From Raja brachyura (taxonomy: Eukaryota), in contig OY740807.1 in the NCBI GenBank assembly GCA_963514005.1, positions 34,906,001 through 34,970,000 on the forward strand: a stretch of 64,000 nt of DNA. The letters run 5' to 3'. The translations under genes were made by a program, and so were the position numbers. Numbering within the stretch: position 1 is the first letter of the stretch; every line of letters begins with the position of its first letter. Under the pieces are notes generated by a model, which was not told the DNA's origin, made no database searches, and saw only the letters and a list, made by a program, of their open reading frames with translations. Of the stretch, positions 13,735 through 27,500 are shown piece after piece.

Positions 13735-15750
13735 TAACCATATAACAATTACAGCACGGAAACAGGCCCTCTCGGCCCTTCCAGTCCGTGCCGAACATTT
13801 ATTTTCCCCTAGTCCCATCTACCTGCACTCAGACCATACCCCTCCATTCCCTTCCCGTCCATATACCTATCCACTTTACTTTTAAATGTTAAAATCGATC
13901 CTGCCTCCACCACTTCTGCTGGAAGCTCATTCCACACAGCCACCACTCTCTGAGTAAAGAAGTTCCCCCTCATGTTACCCCTAAACTTCTGTCCCTTAAT
14001 TCTCATGTCATGCCCTCTTGTTTGAATCTTCCCTACCCTCAATGGGAAAAGCTTATCCACGTCAACTCTGTCTATCCCTTTCATCATTTTAAAGACCTCA
14101 ATCAAGTCCCCCCTTAACCTTCTGCGCTCCAAAGAATAAAGACCTAACTTGTTCAACCTTTCTCTGTAACTTAGTTGCTGGAACCCAGGCAACATTCTAG
14201 TAAATCTCCTCTGTACTCTCTCTATTTTGTTGACATCCTTCCTATAATGAGGCGACCCAAATTGTACACCATACTCCAGAATTGGTCTCACCAATGCCTT
14301 GTACAATTTTAACATTACTTCCCTACTCCTATATTCAATGCTCTGATTTATAAAGGCCAGCACACCAAAAGCTTTCTTTACCACCCTATCTACATGCAAT
14401 TCCACCTTCAGGGAACTATGCAGTTATTCGTAGATCCCTCTGTTCCACAGCATTCCTCAATTCCCTACCATTTACCATGTACGTCCTATTTTGATTTGTC
14501 CTGCCAAGGTGTAGCACCTCACACTTATCAGCATTAAACTCCATCTGCCATCTTTCAGCCCACTCTTCCAAATGGCCCAAATCTCTCTGTAGACTTTGAA
14601 AATCTACTTCATTATCCACAACACCACCTTATTTAGTATCATCTGCATACTTACTTATCCAATTTTCCACCCTATCATCCAGATCATGACAAACAACAGT
14701 GGACCCAACACAAATCCCTGAGGCACCCCACTGGTCACCGGCTTCCAACCTGACAAACAGCCATCCACCATTACTCTCTGACATCTCCCATTTAGCCACT
14801 GTTGAATCCATCTTGCTAATCCGAGATTAATACCCAAAGATTGAACCTTCTTAACCAACCTTCCATGGGGAACCTTGTCAAAGGCCTTACTGAAATCCAT
14901 ATAGACAACATCCACTGCTTTACCCTCATCAATTTCCCTAGTAACCTCTTCAAAAAATTCAAGAAGGTTTGTCAAACATGACCTTCCAGGCACAAATCCA
15001 TGTTGACTGTTCCTGATCAGATCCAGATGCTTATATATATTATCTCTAAGTATCCTTTCCATTACTTTGCCCACCACTGACGTCAAACTAACAGGTCTAT
15101 AATTGCTAGGTTTATTCTTTGAACCCTTTTTAAACAATGGAACAACATGCGCAGTACGCCAATCCTCCGGCATTATTCCCGTTTCTAATGACATTTGAAA
15201 TATTTCTGTCATAGCTCCTGCTATTTCTACACTAACTTCCCTCAATGTCCTAGGGAATATCCTGTCAGGACCTGGAGACTTATCCACTTTTATATTTTTC
15301 AAAAGTGTCAGTACTTCCTCCTCTTTGAATCTCATAGTTTCCATAGCTACTCTACTTTTTTTCCCTTACCTCACAGAGTTCAATATCCTTCTCCTTGGTG
15401 AATACCGAAGAAAATAAATTGTTCAATATCTCCCCCATCTCTTTTGGCTCTGCAGATAGCTGTCCATTCTGGCTCACTAATGGTCCAATTTTATCCCTTG
15501 TCATCCTTTTGCTATTAATATAGCTGTAGAAACCCTTTGGATTTACTTTCACCTTTCTTGCCAAAGCAACCTCATATCTTCTTTTAGCCTTTCTAACTTC
15601 TTTCTTAAGATTCTTTTTACATTCTTTAAACTCCTCTAGCACCTCATTTACTCCATGCCTCCTATAATTATTGTAGATATCTCTCTTTTTTCGAAACATG
15701 TTCAATTTCCCTTGAAAACCATGGCTCTTTCCAATTTTTACTATTTCCTT
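13735..15750 (-). mobile_element. CR1-clade LINE (HER1-like), 5'-truncated ~2 kb, frameshifted ORF2
   Basis: ORFs 15352..15705, 14655..15344, 14416..14619 and 13809..14405 give KSPGPD, NYRPVSLTS, QHGF, DFSKAFDKV, GVPQG, YADDTK, LERRRLRGDL. Confidence 0.95.
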
Positions 15751-17205
15751 TATATGAGATTTATTGAGAATTTAATCAGTCATGATTCCCTAGCTGCCAT
15801 CATGTGTCTCCAAATCATTTGTCCACAACAGTGAATAGTTCATCCAAAAATACATCCGCTGCTTATTGGTTCTTTGGTATCCAAACTTACACGTAAAAAA
15901 TGGAAGAAGACACAACGTTCTGGAGTAACTTGGATGGATATGTGTGTATGGCAAAGTAGGCAAACTAGGCCAACTGTGAAGAAGCTCAGGTATTAGGTTA
16001 TATCATGGGAGAGGGGAACCCTCGTTCCCTAAAGAATGAAGGGAATGGGCACCCGACATTTTGGGTCAGGACCCTTCTTCAGACACGTGAGACATCGTAA
16101 ATAATTGACATGCCAATTAACACTATATAATCATCTGCATCAGAAATAAAAAGGCCACTTTGAAATAAATAAATAATGTGTAATTTAGTGAGATTGGACT
16201 CTAATTGGAGAAAACATTTTCTTTGAGCATCTGTTTCTCGCTGACTCAGGGTATACTGCATTGCTTATTTCAGCTAATTGACAAACCACAATACTCAATG
16301 CCAATCCTGGGTTCTTGCAGTACTGGGACTACATTCCACTTGGCATGGGTTCTGCTGAATTGTGATTATAAACTCACTGGATTTGAATCTGCTCTCAGCC
16401 CATGAAAGAAAGGCCAAAAGATCTCAGTCGATAGTGAGACAAAGCAGTCGGATATTCATTTCATAAAGACTACTACTCCTCAGTAGGAGCCATCCATGCA
16501 GATGTGCCATGGCCTAGAGGGGCACCGTGGGCAAAATCAGTCTGTTTTTTTAAAGAAATCCTGAACGTTTGGCAGGCAAAGAGGGCGATTCTGTTTGAAA
16601 CTTTGAACCACCGTCTCTTGACGTTACAGTTAGTTCTTTGGAAGATGGCCACTGCTGTTTCCAAAGCCAATGACCTGGGGCAAATCCAGAAGAATTATTC
16701 ATCTGGTACTGAAGACTTGGGTGAAGGGAGTCTTCCTTCAACACAGACTTTCTTTGCTCCATGTTGCACCACATGAGGAAATATTTCTTACTGGTGGACG
16801 TTGGTCCAGAACAAATAGACGAAGCAAGAGAGAAAGCAATAGCAAAGCAAGTTTGGATTTAGAGACACAAGGAATTGGAGATGCTGGTTCGCAAAATAAG
16901 ACACAAAGTGCTGGAGTAACTCAGCAGGTCAGGCTGCATCTCTTGAGAGCATGGATAGGTGACATTTTGGGTCAAGACCCTTCTTCAACTCGTATCCGCT
17001 TGCAAAAAAATCCACATCCTAGATGGAGTTTAATCGGAGCAAGTTTGAGGTGTTCCACGTTAGGGGGTCGAGTGTAAGGGGGAAAATATACAATTCACGG
17101 CAAGATCCTTAACATCACTGATGTACAAATAAATCTTGGGGTCCAAACCCCTGAAAGAGAAAATAGCTTGAAAAGCAACTATGACTCATTGAAACTGAAG
17201 AAGTA

Positions 17206-18233
17206 GCAATGTTACAAAATTTTGAGATTTAAAAAATCAAGTCTGCAATTTATCCCATCAGATAAAGCATAAAAAGAAGTTTAATTTGACACCTAATTTA
17301 CTTTCATATCTTCAGTATTAAGAAAGTTATGGCCATTTTCATACTCGGAAATTAGCATCTTGCTCCCCATTGCCTTTCAATTGACTTAACTCAAAAGCTG
17401 TGATCTGGAAAAGTTAAAAGCCCATACTTTCTTAAAAATTAAGAGAACTCAATGAAATTTTAAGTTATTATAGATTGAAGCATTCTGAAACAAATATTGA
17501 ACAATCTTACTTGGATTACCTGAAATTAAAGCATATAATTAGTTAGTTATCTAATTGTAGCTAATTACAAAATTCAATGAGTAGATCTAAACATTTATCC
17601 ATTTCTTAAGAAAAGATAAGCTTTTTTTAAATTGCCTAAGTGTCCAAATAACATTCACACAATAATCCACAATATAACATCATTTTTGAATCTCATTTTC
17701 ATGAATTTCTGCGTCAAATGGAAGGAATTTAGTGTTTGATTCCTGTAAATTAATGGCCATTTAAATCAACTAGCAAGTGGGTTTTAGTGGAATGCGGTGG
17801 ATTGGAACGTTGCGTTTGCGGTGAAGTCGGGAGGAAAAATACTGTTTGTTCATACATTTTTTTGGACCTCATTTCGCAACATAAAAATATTATTAAAGCC
17901 TCCCGAAAAACCAACTTTTAATATAAAAATAAACTATTTACCTTTTTTTCTCCCCTACGGAAAATCCTTCCGGTTGTTGGCGCTCACGGCTTTTGAAGGT
18001 GATTTTTTAATTACTCTAGTTAATAAATAATTTAGAGTAATTTAAAAATACCTTCATTGATGAAATGTCGGAGCGATTTTTCTTCCGCAACGAAATCGCC
18101 CGACATTCATCGATTTTCCAGGTCTGTTGAAAAACGGCACTTTAAGCCCGCCCCCCTCTGAAAGGCGCCAAAGTCGCGCACATGGGGAGCGGCAGAACTG
18201 CAGCGCCGCTAAAGGTAAGTTTTGCAACATACC
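17206..18233 (+). mobile_element. ~1-kb non-autonomous DNA transposon with imperfect 14-bp TIRs, flanked by TA
   Basis: Left GCAATGTTACAAAA, right (reverse complement) GGTATGTTGCAAAA, TA on both sides; a second copy lies inverted at 44617-45594. Confidence 0.75.
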
Positions 18234-19408
18234 TAGACGAAGGGTCCAAATCCAATACATTACCTATCAATGTTCTCCCCTTGCTTGACCCACTGAGTTA
18301 CTCCAAGTTTGCACTTAGGGTTGGTTTGCATCAGAAGGCAGGGAAAGAGATCCAAATAACAAAGTATTAGTGGTAACTTTGGTGTTCGCCATGCTGCAGT
18401 TGTCCAGGACTCTTAGAGAATGGAGCTGCTAGGCTTGTATACTCTGGAGTTTAGAAGGATGAGTGGGAATCTTATTGAAACATATAAGATTATTAAGGGT
18501 TTGGACACACTAGAGGCAGGAAACATGTTCACGATGTTGGGGGAGTCCAGAACCAGGGGCCACAGTTGAAGAATAAGCCATTTAGAATGGAGACGAGGAA
18601 ATACTTTTTCACACAGAGTTGTGAGTCTGTCATTGGAAATCTCTGTCTCAGAGGGCGGTGGAGGCCGGTTCTCTGGAAACTTTCTAGAGAGAGCAAGATA
18701 GGGCTCTTAAAGATAGCGGAGTCTGGGGATATAGGGAGAAGGCAGCAACGGGGTACTGATTGGGGATGATCAGCCATGATCACATTGAATGGCGGTGCTG
18801 GCTCGAAGGGCCGAATGGCCTACTCCTGCACCTATTGTCCATTGTTTATTTTCTATATCACCAACCCTTCGTGTTCAACATCCATGCTGTCACATTAGCA
18901 ACATTACATTGGGGAATGGTGACTATTTATGTGCTGGTCCCAGAAGAGGATTTACTAACATCCAATGCAATCACTCCATTCTTTTACCTGTGTTCGGCCT
19001 GATTGTATTTGGGTGTGGTATTTTCTGATTTGATTTGACAGCACACATACAAAAGCTTTTCCCTAATCTCGGCACACTGGGTGCATATTCCTCTCTTCAA
19101 CACACTAACCCAGGTTCCTGCACCACCATCTAACTTAGTGGAGCCCAGGTTCCTGTGTTCCCTATAACTCACCCAGGCACCAGTACACAGACCTCCTTTA
19201 AACTCACTGACGTTAGATAACAGAGTTTAAAGTGAGGAGGGGAAAAGATTTAATAGGAACCTGTGGGGCATCTTTTTCACACAAAGGGCGGTGGGTGCAT
19301 GGAACGAGTTACCAGAGGAGTTAGTTGAGGCAAATACTATCACAACATTTAAGACATTTGGAGAGGTCCATAGATAGGAAAGGTTTAGACGGATATGGGC
19401 CCCCACGT

Positions 19409-19548
19409 GGCGTGGGAGATTGCAACCTTCATGTGGTCCGCCCTGTTTCGACAAATGCAATCAACCTGGCGTGCACAATTAAATAAGATCAAATAGAACA
19501 AGTTGTCCTCCAACTTTAGGCTGTGCACGCCATAGGCAAGAAGAAGAA
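19409..19548 (+). mobile_element. Second copy of the HDV-ribozyme-headed short retroelement, inserted in a CR1 fragment
   Basis: TSD gggcccccacgt(gg) at 19397-19410 and 19549-19562; (GAA)n tail; same ribozyme fold with one P1 mismatch. Confidence 0.85.
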
Positions 19549-20259
19549 GGGCCCCCACGTGGGCAGGTGGGGCAGATGTGTAGATCAAGCATCTTGATCG
19601 GCATGGCCAAGCTGTATCTTTAAATTAAACATCAGAGCGGCTCGGTGGAGTGGCAGTAGAGCGGCTGGATACCTGGGTTCGATCCTGACGACGGGTGCTG
19701 CCTGTACGGAGTTAGTATGTTATTCCCGTGACCACGTGGGTTTTCTCCAGGTGCTCCAAACTCCTCCCACAATTCAAAGACGTACAGGATTGTAGGTTAA
19801 TTCGCTTGGGTAAAATTGTTAAATCGTCCCGAGTGCATGCAGGATAGTGAGAGGGGATGGGGATCGCTGGTCAGAGGCGACTCGGTGGGCCGAAGGGCCT
19901 GTTTCCATGCTGTGTCTCTGAACTAAACTAAAACTAAACTTCGAATATAATGCCTTTCAGAGACTTTTGAAGTAGTCTTGTGTTGGCTGACAGAAGAAGG
20001 ATAGCAGGTGTGTTTTACTAGAAGCACTTTTGCTGCGTCAATATTTTGGGCTAATCCCCTGATCCCCTCACACTGCTGAACCAGCTGCCCCCCCACACAC
20101 ATTTTCATGCAGGCATGGTGAAATAAGATGGTTGACTGAACACACTCCATCTGCCATGCTTTGTACATCCGAAACAGATGGCTGCAGAGTTGGAAACTTT
20201 ACTAATAAATGCGGCTTGCCAGAGTCTCACTCAGGAACGTAAATAAGAGAAAAAAAAAA

Positions 20260-20670
20260 AGCACAAGCTGCTGGAGTAACTCAGCAGGTCAGGTAGCATC
20301 TCTGGAGGACATGAGGAGCAAATGTTTGGGTTGCGACCCTTCTTCAGGCTGATTTTAGTTTGTGGAGGGGGTGGGGGGAGAAAGCTGGAAGAGAGGTGAG
20401 GGCAGGACAAAGCCCGGCAAGTGATAAGTGGACACAAAGTGCTGGAGAAACTCAGCGGATCAGGCAGCATCTCTGGAGAATAGTTCAATAGGAAACAGGA
20501 TGGGTGATGTTTCGGGTGGGGACCCTTCTTCAAACCCACCTCTGAAGAAGAGTCCCGACGCGAAACGTCACCCATCTTTTTTCTCCAGAAATGCTCCCTG
20601 ACCCGCTGAGTTACTCCTGCACTTTGTGTCTATCTTCGGTATACACTGGCATCTGCAGTTCCTCTCTACA
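20260..20670. repeat. Cluster of Penelope-derived inverted-repeat elements (similar arms at ~9840-10030, 22160-22365, 25625-25950, 33470-34340, 35485-35665, 36215-36490, 39110-39520, 41420-41685, 60630-60720)
   Basis: Recurrent tgctggagtaactcagcgggtcaggcagcatct arms and their reverse complements, with gacgtttcgggtcgagacccttcttcag cores. Confidence 0.7.
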
Positions 20671-21389
20671 CAAGTGATCGGTGGATACAGGTGAGGGGGA
20701 AGGGTTGCAGGATGGGCAGACAAATGTTAGGGGTAAAAAGAAGAAGAGAGGGTACCTGATAAGGAGGCATGGAGGGATATGGACCGGGGGAAGATAAGAG
20801 GTGTACTTTTGATATTCTAATCCCTGGTAATTATCGGAAAATAAATTGTGATTATATGCCGTTTTGCTGGCTTTTCCCAATATTCGTGCTGGACACACAC
20901 ACACACACACTGGAAAATTTGGCAGAGCAATTTAGGTACTAACACATCAGTCATGTGTTAAGTTTAGACCTGAAGGAAAGATCCAGATTCTTCGAAATGT
21001 CCAAACGGAATGTGCATTAACACAATTTTGCTTTTATGTCAGATTTTATGATGCATGCCTTCTGACCGGGGCCCTGCTTGAAGAAATAAGCTGCATACGT
21101 TATGGTTAAAACTGGTCTCTTTATATGCTGGACCTTTAACTAAGTAAATAACATGCCTCAGAGGAGTGGCTGCAACAGTGATTTCGGTGAGTGATGTTTG
21201 CTTCTTAATTTCCACAAACACACTGGAATCTTTGGATACTGAATTCTTTCATCTTAGTTGATGTAAACAAAAATGTGTTGCATCAAAGAGAGAAAATTGA
21301 TGTTGAAATGCGCAGTCCTTTTAGTTTTAGTTTCGTTTAGAGGTACAGCTCGGAAACCACCGGGTCCGCTCCGACCAGCACACTAACAC

Positions 21390-21443
21390 GGGGTGGAGGA
21401 TTGCAACCTTCACGTGGTCCGCCCTGTTTCGACTAATGCAATC
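21390..21443 (+). ncRNA. HDV-like self-cleaving ribozyme (predicted)
   Basis: P1 GGGGTGG/CCGCCCT with G1.U wobble, P2 GATTGCA/TGCAATC, P3 ACC/GGT, L3 TTCACGT, minimal TTCG-capped P4, J4/2 CTAA with putative catalytic C at 21433. Confidence 0.8.
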
Positions 21444-21531
21444 AACTCGACGTGCACAAATGGAAGATCAAATAGAACAAGTTGTCCAACAACTTTAGGC
21501 TGTGCACGCCACACGAAAGAACAAGTAGAAA
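21390..21531 (+). mobile_element. ~140-bp non-autonomous retroelement (Vingi/Ingi- or RTE-like) with a 5' HDV-like ribozyme and purine tail, inserted in a SINE
   Basis: 11-bp TSD cacactaacac (21379-21389 and 21532-21542); second copy at ~19409-19548; 3' end gctgtgcacgccacacgaaagaa... Confidence 0.85.
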
Positions 21532-24500
21532 CACACTAACACTGCTCTACACACACCAGGGACAATTTCCATTTATACCAAGCCAATTAGCCTACAAACC
21601 TGTACATCTTTGGAGTGGAAACCGGAGCTTCCCGGAGAAAACCCACGCAGGTTACGGGGATAACGCACAAAGTGCATAGAGATAGTACCCGTAGTCAGGA
21701 TTGAACCCGGGTCTCTGCCTCTGTGAGGCAGCAACTCTACCGCTGCGCCACCGTACCGCCCTCAGTTCCTGAAGAAATAACTAGAAAACCAAAACATTCA
21801 TCCTAACTGCCACAGATCATAAAGTTCACATATCAATTATGCTCTATATTGCAAAAAGTTAATTAAAGACTTCAAAGAAGTTAATATCACAACGTTTAAA
21901 AGGCATTTGGACAGGTGCATGGAGATGATAGGTTTAGAGTGATATTGTCCAAATGTGGGCAGATGGAACTAGTGTCGATGGGGGCATGCTGGTTAGCATG
22001 ACGAACGTTTCAACATTGTATAATGCTATGACTCTATAACTCTAAGTGCTATTAAACAAAAGTTAATATTGAGAAGCATAGCTGAGGTCAGGGGAGATAC
22101 CTAATGACTGGTAAAGGTTTTCTGGAGAATCTTAAAGAAAGGCAGGAAGAATGTCATAAAGGAGACACAAGAAACTGCGGATACTGGAATGTTGAGTAAA
22201 AACAAACTGCTGGAGGAACTTGGCGGGGCAGGCAGCATCTTTGGAGAGAATTTTGGGTTGGGACCCTTCTTCAGTCTGAAGAAGGGTCCCAAACCAAAAT
22301 GTTGTCTGTCCATTCCCTTTCAGATGCTGCCCAACCCGCTGAGTCTCCTCCAGCACTTTGTGTTTTGGGAGGGAAATTCCGGAGCTTGGGATTTTGCTAA
22401 TGGTGGACCAACCAAGTTTGTGGATGACAAGAGGGCAGGATTAGAGGAATAAAGCTTCAGTCTTCCAGTACTTGGTTGGAAGAATGTCAAACTCATTGAG
22501 TAGTGGACATCAGACATTGAGAACTTGAGAACTTAGTGATTTTGGTAGTATCAGGAGATGTGGCGGTGAGATGGAGTTCATTGCTGTCAAACCCCAAAAG
22601 TCAAAGTCAAACAAGCTTTATTGTCATTTAGAAATACATCGATATATGCAGTTCCAAACAAAATTCCGTTGCATTTGGCTCCCTGTGCAACACGATAATT
22701 AACAGAAGGATAACATGGATAAAATGGATTAAAAGGATAGAAGGATAAATAGACAATGGTGGCAGCCCATTACATGGCATTCAGGAGTCTGATGGCTCGT
22801 GGGAAGAAGCTGTTGCAGAACCTTGATGTTCTGCTCCTTATGCTACGATATCTTTTGCCCGAGGGCAGCAGAGTGAACAGTCCGTGATGGAGATGTGTGG
22901 GGTCTTTTATAATACTGCTGGCCTTAGACAGCAACGTTTGTCAGTACACGAATGGAAACCTGCACTGTGTTGCAGACAATGTCAGCGAGAGGCCATAAGG
23001 AGGAGCAAAGGCAGACAAAGACTTGGACAAAATAAACTTTTTATGAATAATACACCAAGAACTTCTTTGCACTACTTTTTCTTTCCTTTCATTTACAACT
23101 TTTAATTATTTTTCTTCACTCATTCCAGTATTGAAACTTTAACCTATAAATGATTCTACTGCCTTTAGCTGTGCAACTAAAAAAGTCCTATAATTAAATA
23201 GAAACAGAAAGGTGAAGCAGTCATGTACTTGCAGGATCCCATGGCTGGAAAATGTAGCTTATGCATAAAAAATTAAGTGCTCTAAGTAATGCAATCTGAT
23301 TTTTCTCCCCCCAAAAGCAAGAGTACATAAACACAGTTGTAACCAAGCACTCAACCGTTAGAATGTTTTATCTATTAGCAGAGTCAGATGTTTGATACCA
23401 AGTGCACACAAGGTTCCAAAGAAACAGCTTCAGAAATACTACTATGTTTTTGTTGAATTTTCTTGGGATTTTTCTTGGGGCTCGAGTTCCGTGATTTCAT
23501 CATGTTTTGCATGATTTATCAGTCACCTTGAGTATTGTCAGATGTGCCTTGACTGATTTACTTAACTTTTAACACACCTCCATTGACGTTCAATTTATGG
23601 CTACCTTCAAGACGTACTTAGATTTGTAATAAGTTGCCCGTTTCCACTACAGTGGGAGAGGTACGCACATTTTCCTGCAGCGCTTGTAAGACCTCCCGTT
23701 AGTTTGAAAGCACAGTTGAAGGCCCTGGCACTTTTAAGACTTACGGTGATTCCCTTCGAAGCTCCCAAGAGGTAGTTTTCGGGTTTGATGTTGGCAGGCC
23801 CGGCAGTTTCAAAACATTCCAAAGGCTCACAATAGACTTAAAGCGATAAAGATAAATAGTTTGTGGTCTGGGGCACCCAGGCAGTTTGGCAAATGAGATT
23901 TCACTGAACTGGTAGGAATTCAACCCAGGACTTGCTTTCCTAAAGCAGCTATTGCTGCAAAGACTAGTGCTATGTTTTGAATTTTGGAATTAAGCAGGCA
24001 CGATTTTTGCGTAATAGCATACCAAGCACAGTTTGCTTTGAAAATCCTGTGATTACCTCATGAAAATAATCAAAAAGCTTCCATGTTATAACACATTCAT
24101 TTTTATAAAATATATAGAGCAGAAAGTATAATCGTGTGTTTGGACTGAGAAGTTGGGTGGAAGACAGAGTGGACATTAGATAGAACAAAATCTGATAAAT
24201 TGCATGTCTAGCTCTGTTAACCGAAATAGAGTAAGGTGAAAATATTATTAAAACCCTTCATCATTTATCACCTGTAATGGAACATCATTTATCCCTATGT
24301 GCAATATCATGGTCACATACATAAAGAGCCACTTATAAGGCACACAAACAGTGAAAGGTATGGATGGAGTGGACGTGGAGAGGATGTTTCCACTAGTGGG
24401 AGAGTCTAGGTCTAGAGGTGATAGCCTCTGAATCAAAGGACGTTCCTTTAGGAAGGAGGGTGGTAAATCTGTGGAATGTTTTGTCACAGAAGGCTGTAGA

Positions 24501-27500
24501 GGCTGTCAATTGATACTTTTAAAGCAGAGATAGATAGATTCTTGATTAGTACAGGTGTCAGGGTTATGGGGAGAAGGCAGGAGAAGGGGGTAGGAGGGAG
24601 AGGTTGGTCAGCCATGATTGAAAGGTGCAGTAGACTTGATGGGCCGAATGGCCTAATACTGCTCCTATTACTTATGACCGCATGATAACGATATTAATGA
24701 TCTGTCATACCTTCTTCTGTCAATCATATATTTTACCAAAATTCTTTAATTACCATCTCTTCCACCACATCCAACAAACACAATTAATTTAGAATTATCC
24801 CTTAACAACAAAATTATGAAATTGGACTTCAGCTTCTTCAGGTAATAAGACTGATTCAAAGACTGATAATTCTGCACCCTCAATCAAGTCCTCATCAGTT
24901 AACCCATATTCCTCAGACATTAAGATGGTAAACATACAATTACACATTGTCAGGTTTCTTCCACCAAAAAACAATTCCTTTCCTCTCCTCTTCGCCTCTC
25001 CTATATCATTCATAGATATATTCACGAAAAAGGGCAGCCATGCTTCTACTCTCTTTGAGGTTTAAAGAGATTCAGAGTGTCAGCATTTACTCTTAACAAA
25101 CCTTTTGCGGATGCACTGTAGAAAGTATCCTAACTGACTGCAATGTGGCTGGCATGGGAATTCCAAAGCACAGGAACGCAAGAGGCTGCAGAGAGTGGAG
25201 GACTCAGCCCAGAACATCATGAACCCAGCCCTTCCCACCCTCAAAAGCAAACACATATGGCACTGCCTCAATGAGACGGCATCTATCACAAAGGATCCCC
25301 ACTATCTGAGCCATACCCTCTTCCCACTGCTACTGTCAGGCAGAAGGTACAGACACCTGCAGTCCCACACGACGAGGCTCAGGACGACAACCTCCCAACA
25401 ACCATCAGGTTCTTCAACCAACCTGCACAACCCTAATTCTACTTTGGCAACAGTACACTGTAGATTACTTCTTGCGCTAACATGGACTTCTTTTACAATT
25501 GTCTATTTTTGCACTGATGTCTTATGATTTTTGCCGCCTATTTGTTTTCACATCTTGTCTAATTTATGTGCAAATAATTCTCCTATATTTCCCATTTCCA
25601 ATAGATCCTAAATTGTAAATAAAAGACTGCAGATGCTGGTTTACAAACAAAGACACAAAGTGCTGGAGTAACTCAGCAGGTCAGGCAGAATCTCTGAACA
25701 TGGATTGGTGATGTTCTAGATCGGGACTTCAGACTGATCCTAAACAGTTGTTTTATTAATGTAGACAAAAATTGCTGGAGAAACTCAGCGGGTGAAGCAG
25801 CATCTACGGAGAGAAGAAACAGTCTGAGGAAGAGTCTTGACCTGAAACGTCACCTATTCCTTCTCTCCATAGATGCTGCCTCACCCGCTGAGTTTCTCCA
25901 GCATTTTTGGTCTACCTTCGATTGTTCCAGCATCTGCAGTTCTTTCTTAAACAATTGCCTTATTAAGCTATTTCAGATCACAGTTAAGAGCACCTATCAG
26001 TCTGCAGTCACGTATAGACCGATGTGACAGATTTTCAGTCCTACAGTATACCAGCAGAAGCAAAATGTTTTTTACAACAAACCAGTAATTGTTGCAGTTA
26101 CTAGTCTTTTATATCATGCATTGAATTATGTGCATATAAATTTCAGTTTTTGAATCTCCCCTTGGAATGTGTTTTAAGCATTTTTTTACAATAATCAGTA
26201 CACATCTCACAGTTGTAAGTTTTTATAACCCGATAATTTTATAAGCGGATAATTATAACAAATATTTTTCATGATTAACATATTTTCCATTTCCCAGTCG
26301 TTTGGATTCTTACATTGACCTACAAAGTTTTCTTAATTGGACAATATTTTCATGGCAAGGATCCTTAATTACTTTAATGACCTGCTGAGTCATTCCAGCA
26401 CTTCATGTCCTTTTTTTGTTAACCAGCATCTGCAGTTCCTTGTTTCTACATCCCCAATTAGAGCCAGAAAAGATTGAACATAAACAGATCAGTCAGCAAA
26501 GAATTACAAACTTATAGAGCATGAAGCAGCCAACAGACCCATTCAGCCCATTCCAGAATTTTGAGGAGCGTTATGGTATAATCCCCCACATACAATTCTT
26601 GTCCATAGCTCCATGTGTTCTCATTCCGAATTATTTCACTGAACAGCCTTCAGAATTACTTATGCAACTGTCATTAGCATTTCAGACTGAGTGCCATACA
26701 ACAAGAAAAATGGACCAAGAGAGAAAAGTTACCTCACATGGATTTACATTTTTAATTGAAGCTAGAAACTCGGCCAGTTCTGCCCCACTCATTGTCAGCT
26801 CCTTCCTCTTGTGTATTTAAAACTTCAGTCACTTTTCAATATGTATGATCCTTATGAACACATTCATTATTACTTCCAAGACATGAAATTTTTATTCCTG
26901 TGTTTTCCAGATCTTAGTTATAGAGACATGGAGTGATACAGCATGGAAACAGGCCCTTCGGCCCAACTTGCCAACATGTCCCAGCTACACTAGTTTGGCC
27001 CATATCCCTCCAAATCTGTCCTATCCATGTTCCTGTCTAACTATTTCTTAAATATTGTGATAGTTTCTGCCTCAACTACCTCCTCTGGCAGCTTGTTCCA
27101 TACCCCCACCACCCTTTGTGTGAAAACGACTCTCCGCAGATTCCTATTAAATCTTTTCCCTTTCACCTTAAACTATGTCCTCTGGTCCTCGATTCGCCTA
27201 CTCTGGGCAAGAGACTCTGTGCATCTACCCGATCTATTCCTCTCATGATTTTATATACCTGTATAAGATCACCCCTTATCTTCCTGCGCTCAAAGGAATA
27301 GAGTCCTAGCCTACGCAACCTCTCCCTAAAGCTCGGAACATCTAGTCCTGGCGACATCCTCGTAAAAATGTTATTCATTTTTTTTACCTTGTGGTGTTTA
27401 TAATTCCTTATTAATAACGGGGCAAGACATTACACAAAAACAGAAAAATAACAGACTGAATAATGGCAATACAAACAGAAAATTCAAGAAAATCACAGCA

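Noticed and set aside
16473-16790. Overlapping ORFs including LNHR, a possible CRCP exon 5 paralogue or nested gene
   Set aside because: LNHR is on the wrong strand with no further similarity; the real exon 5 is at 3077-3134; no coherent splice structure.
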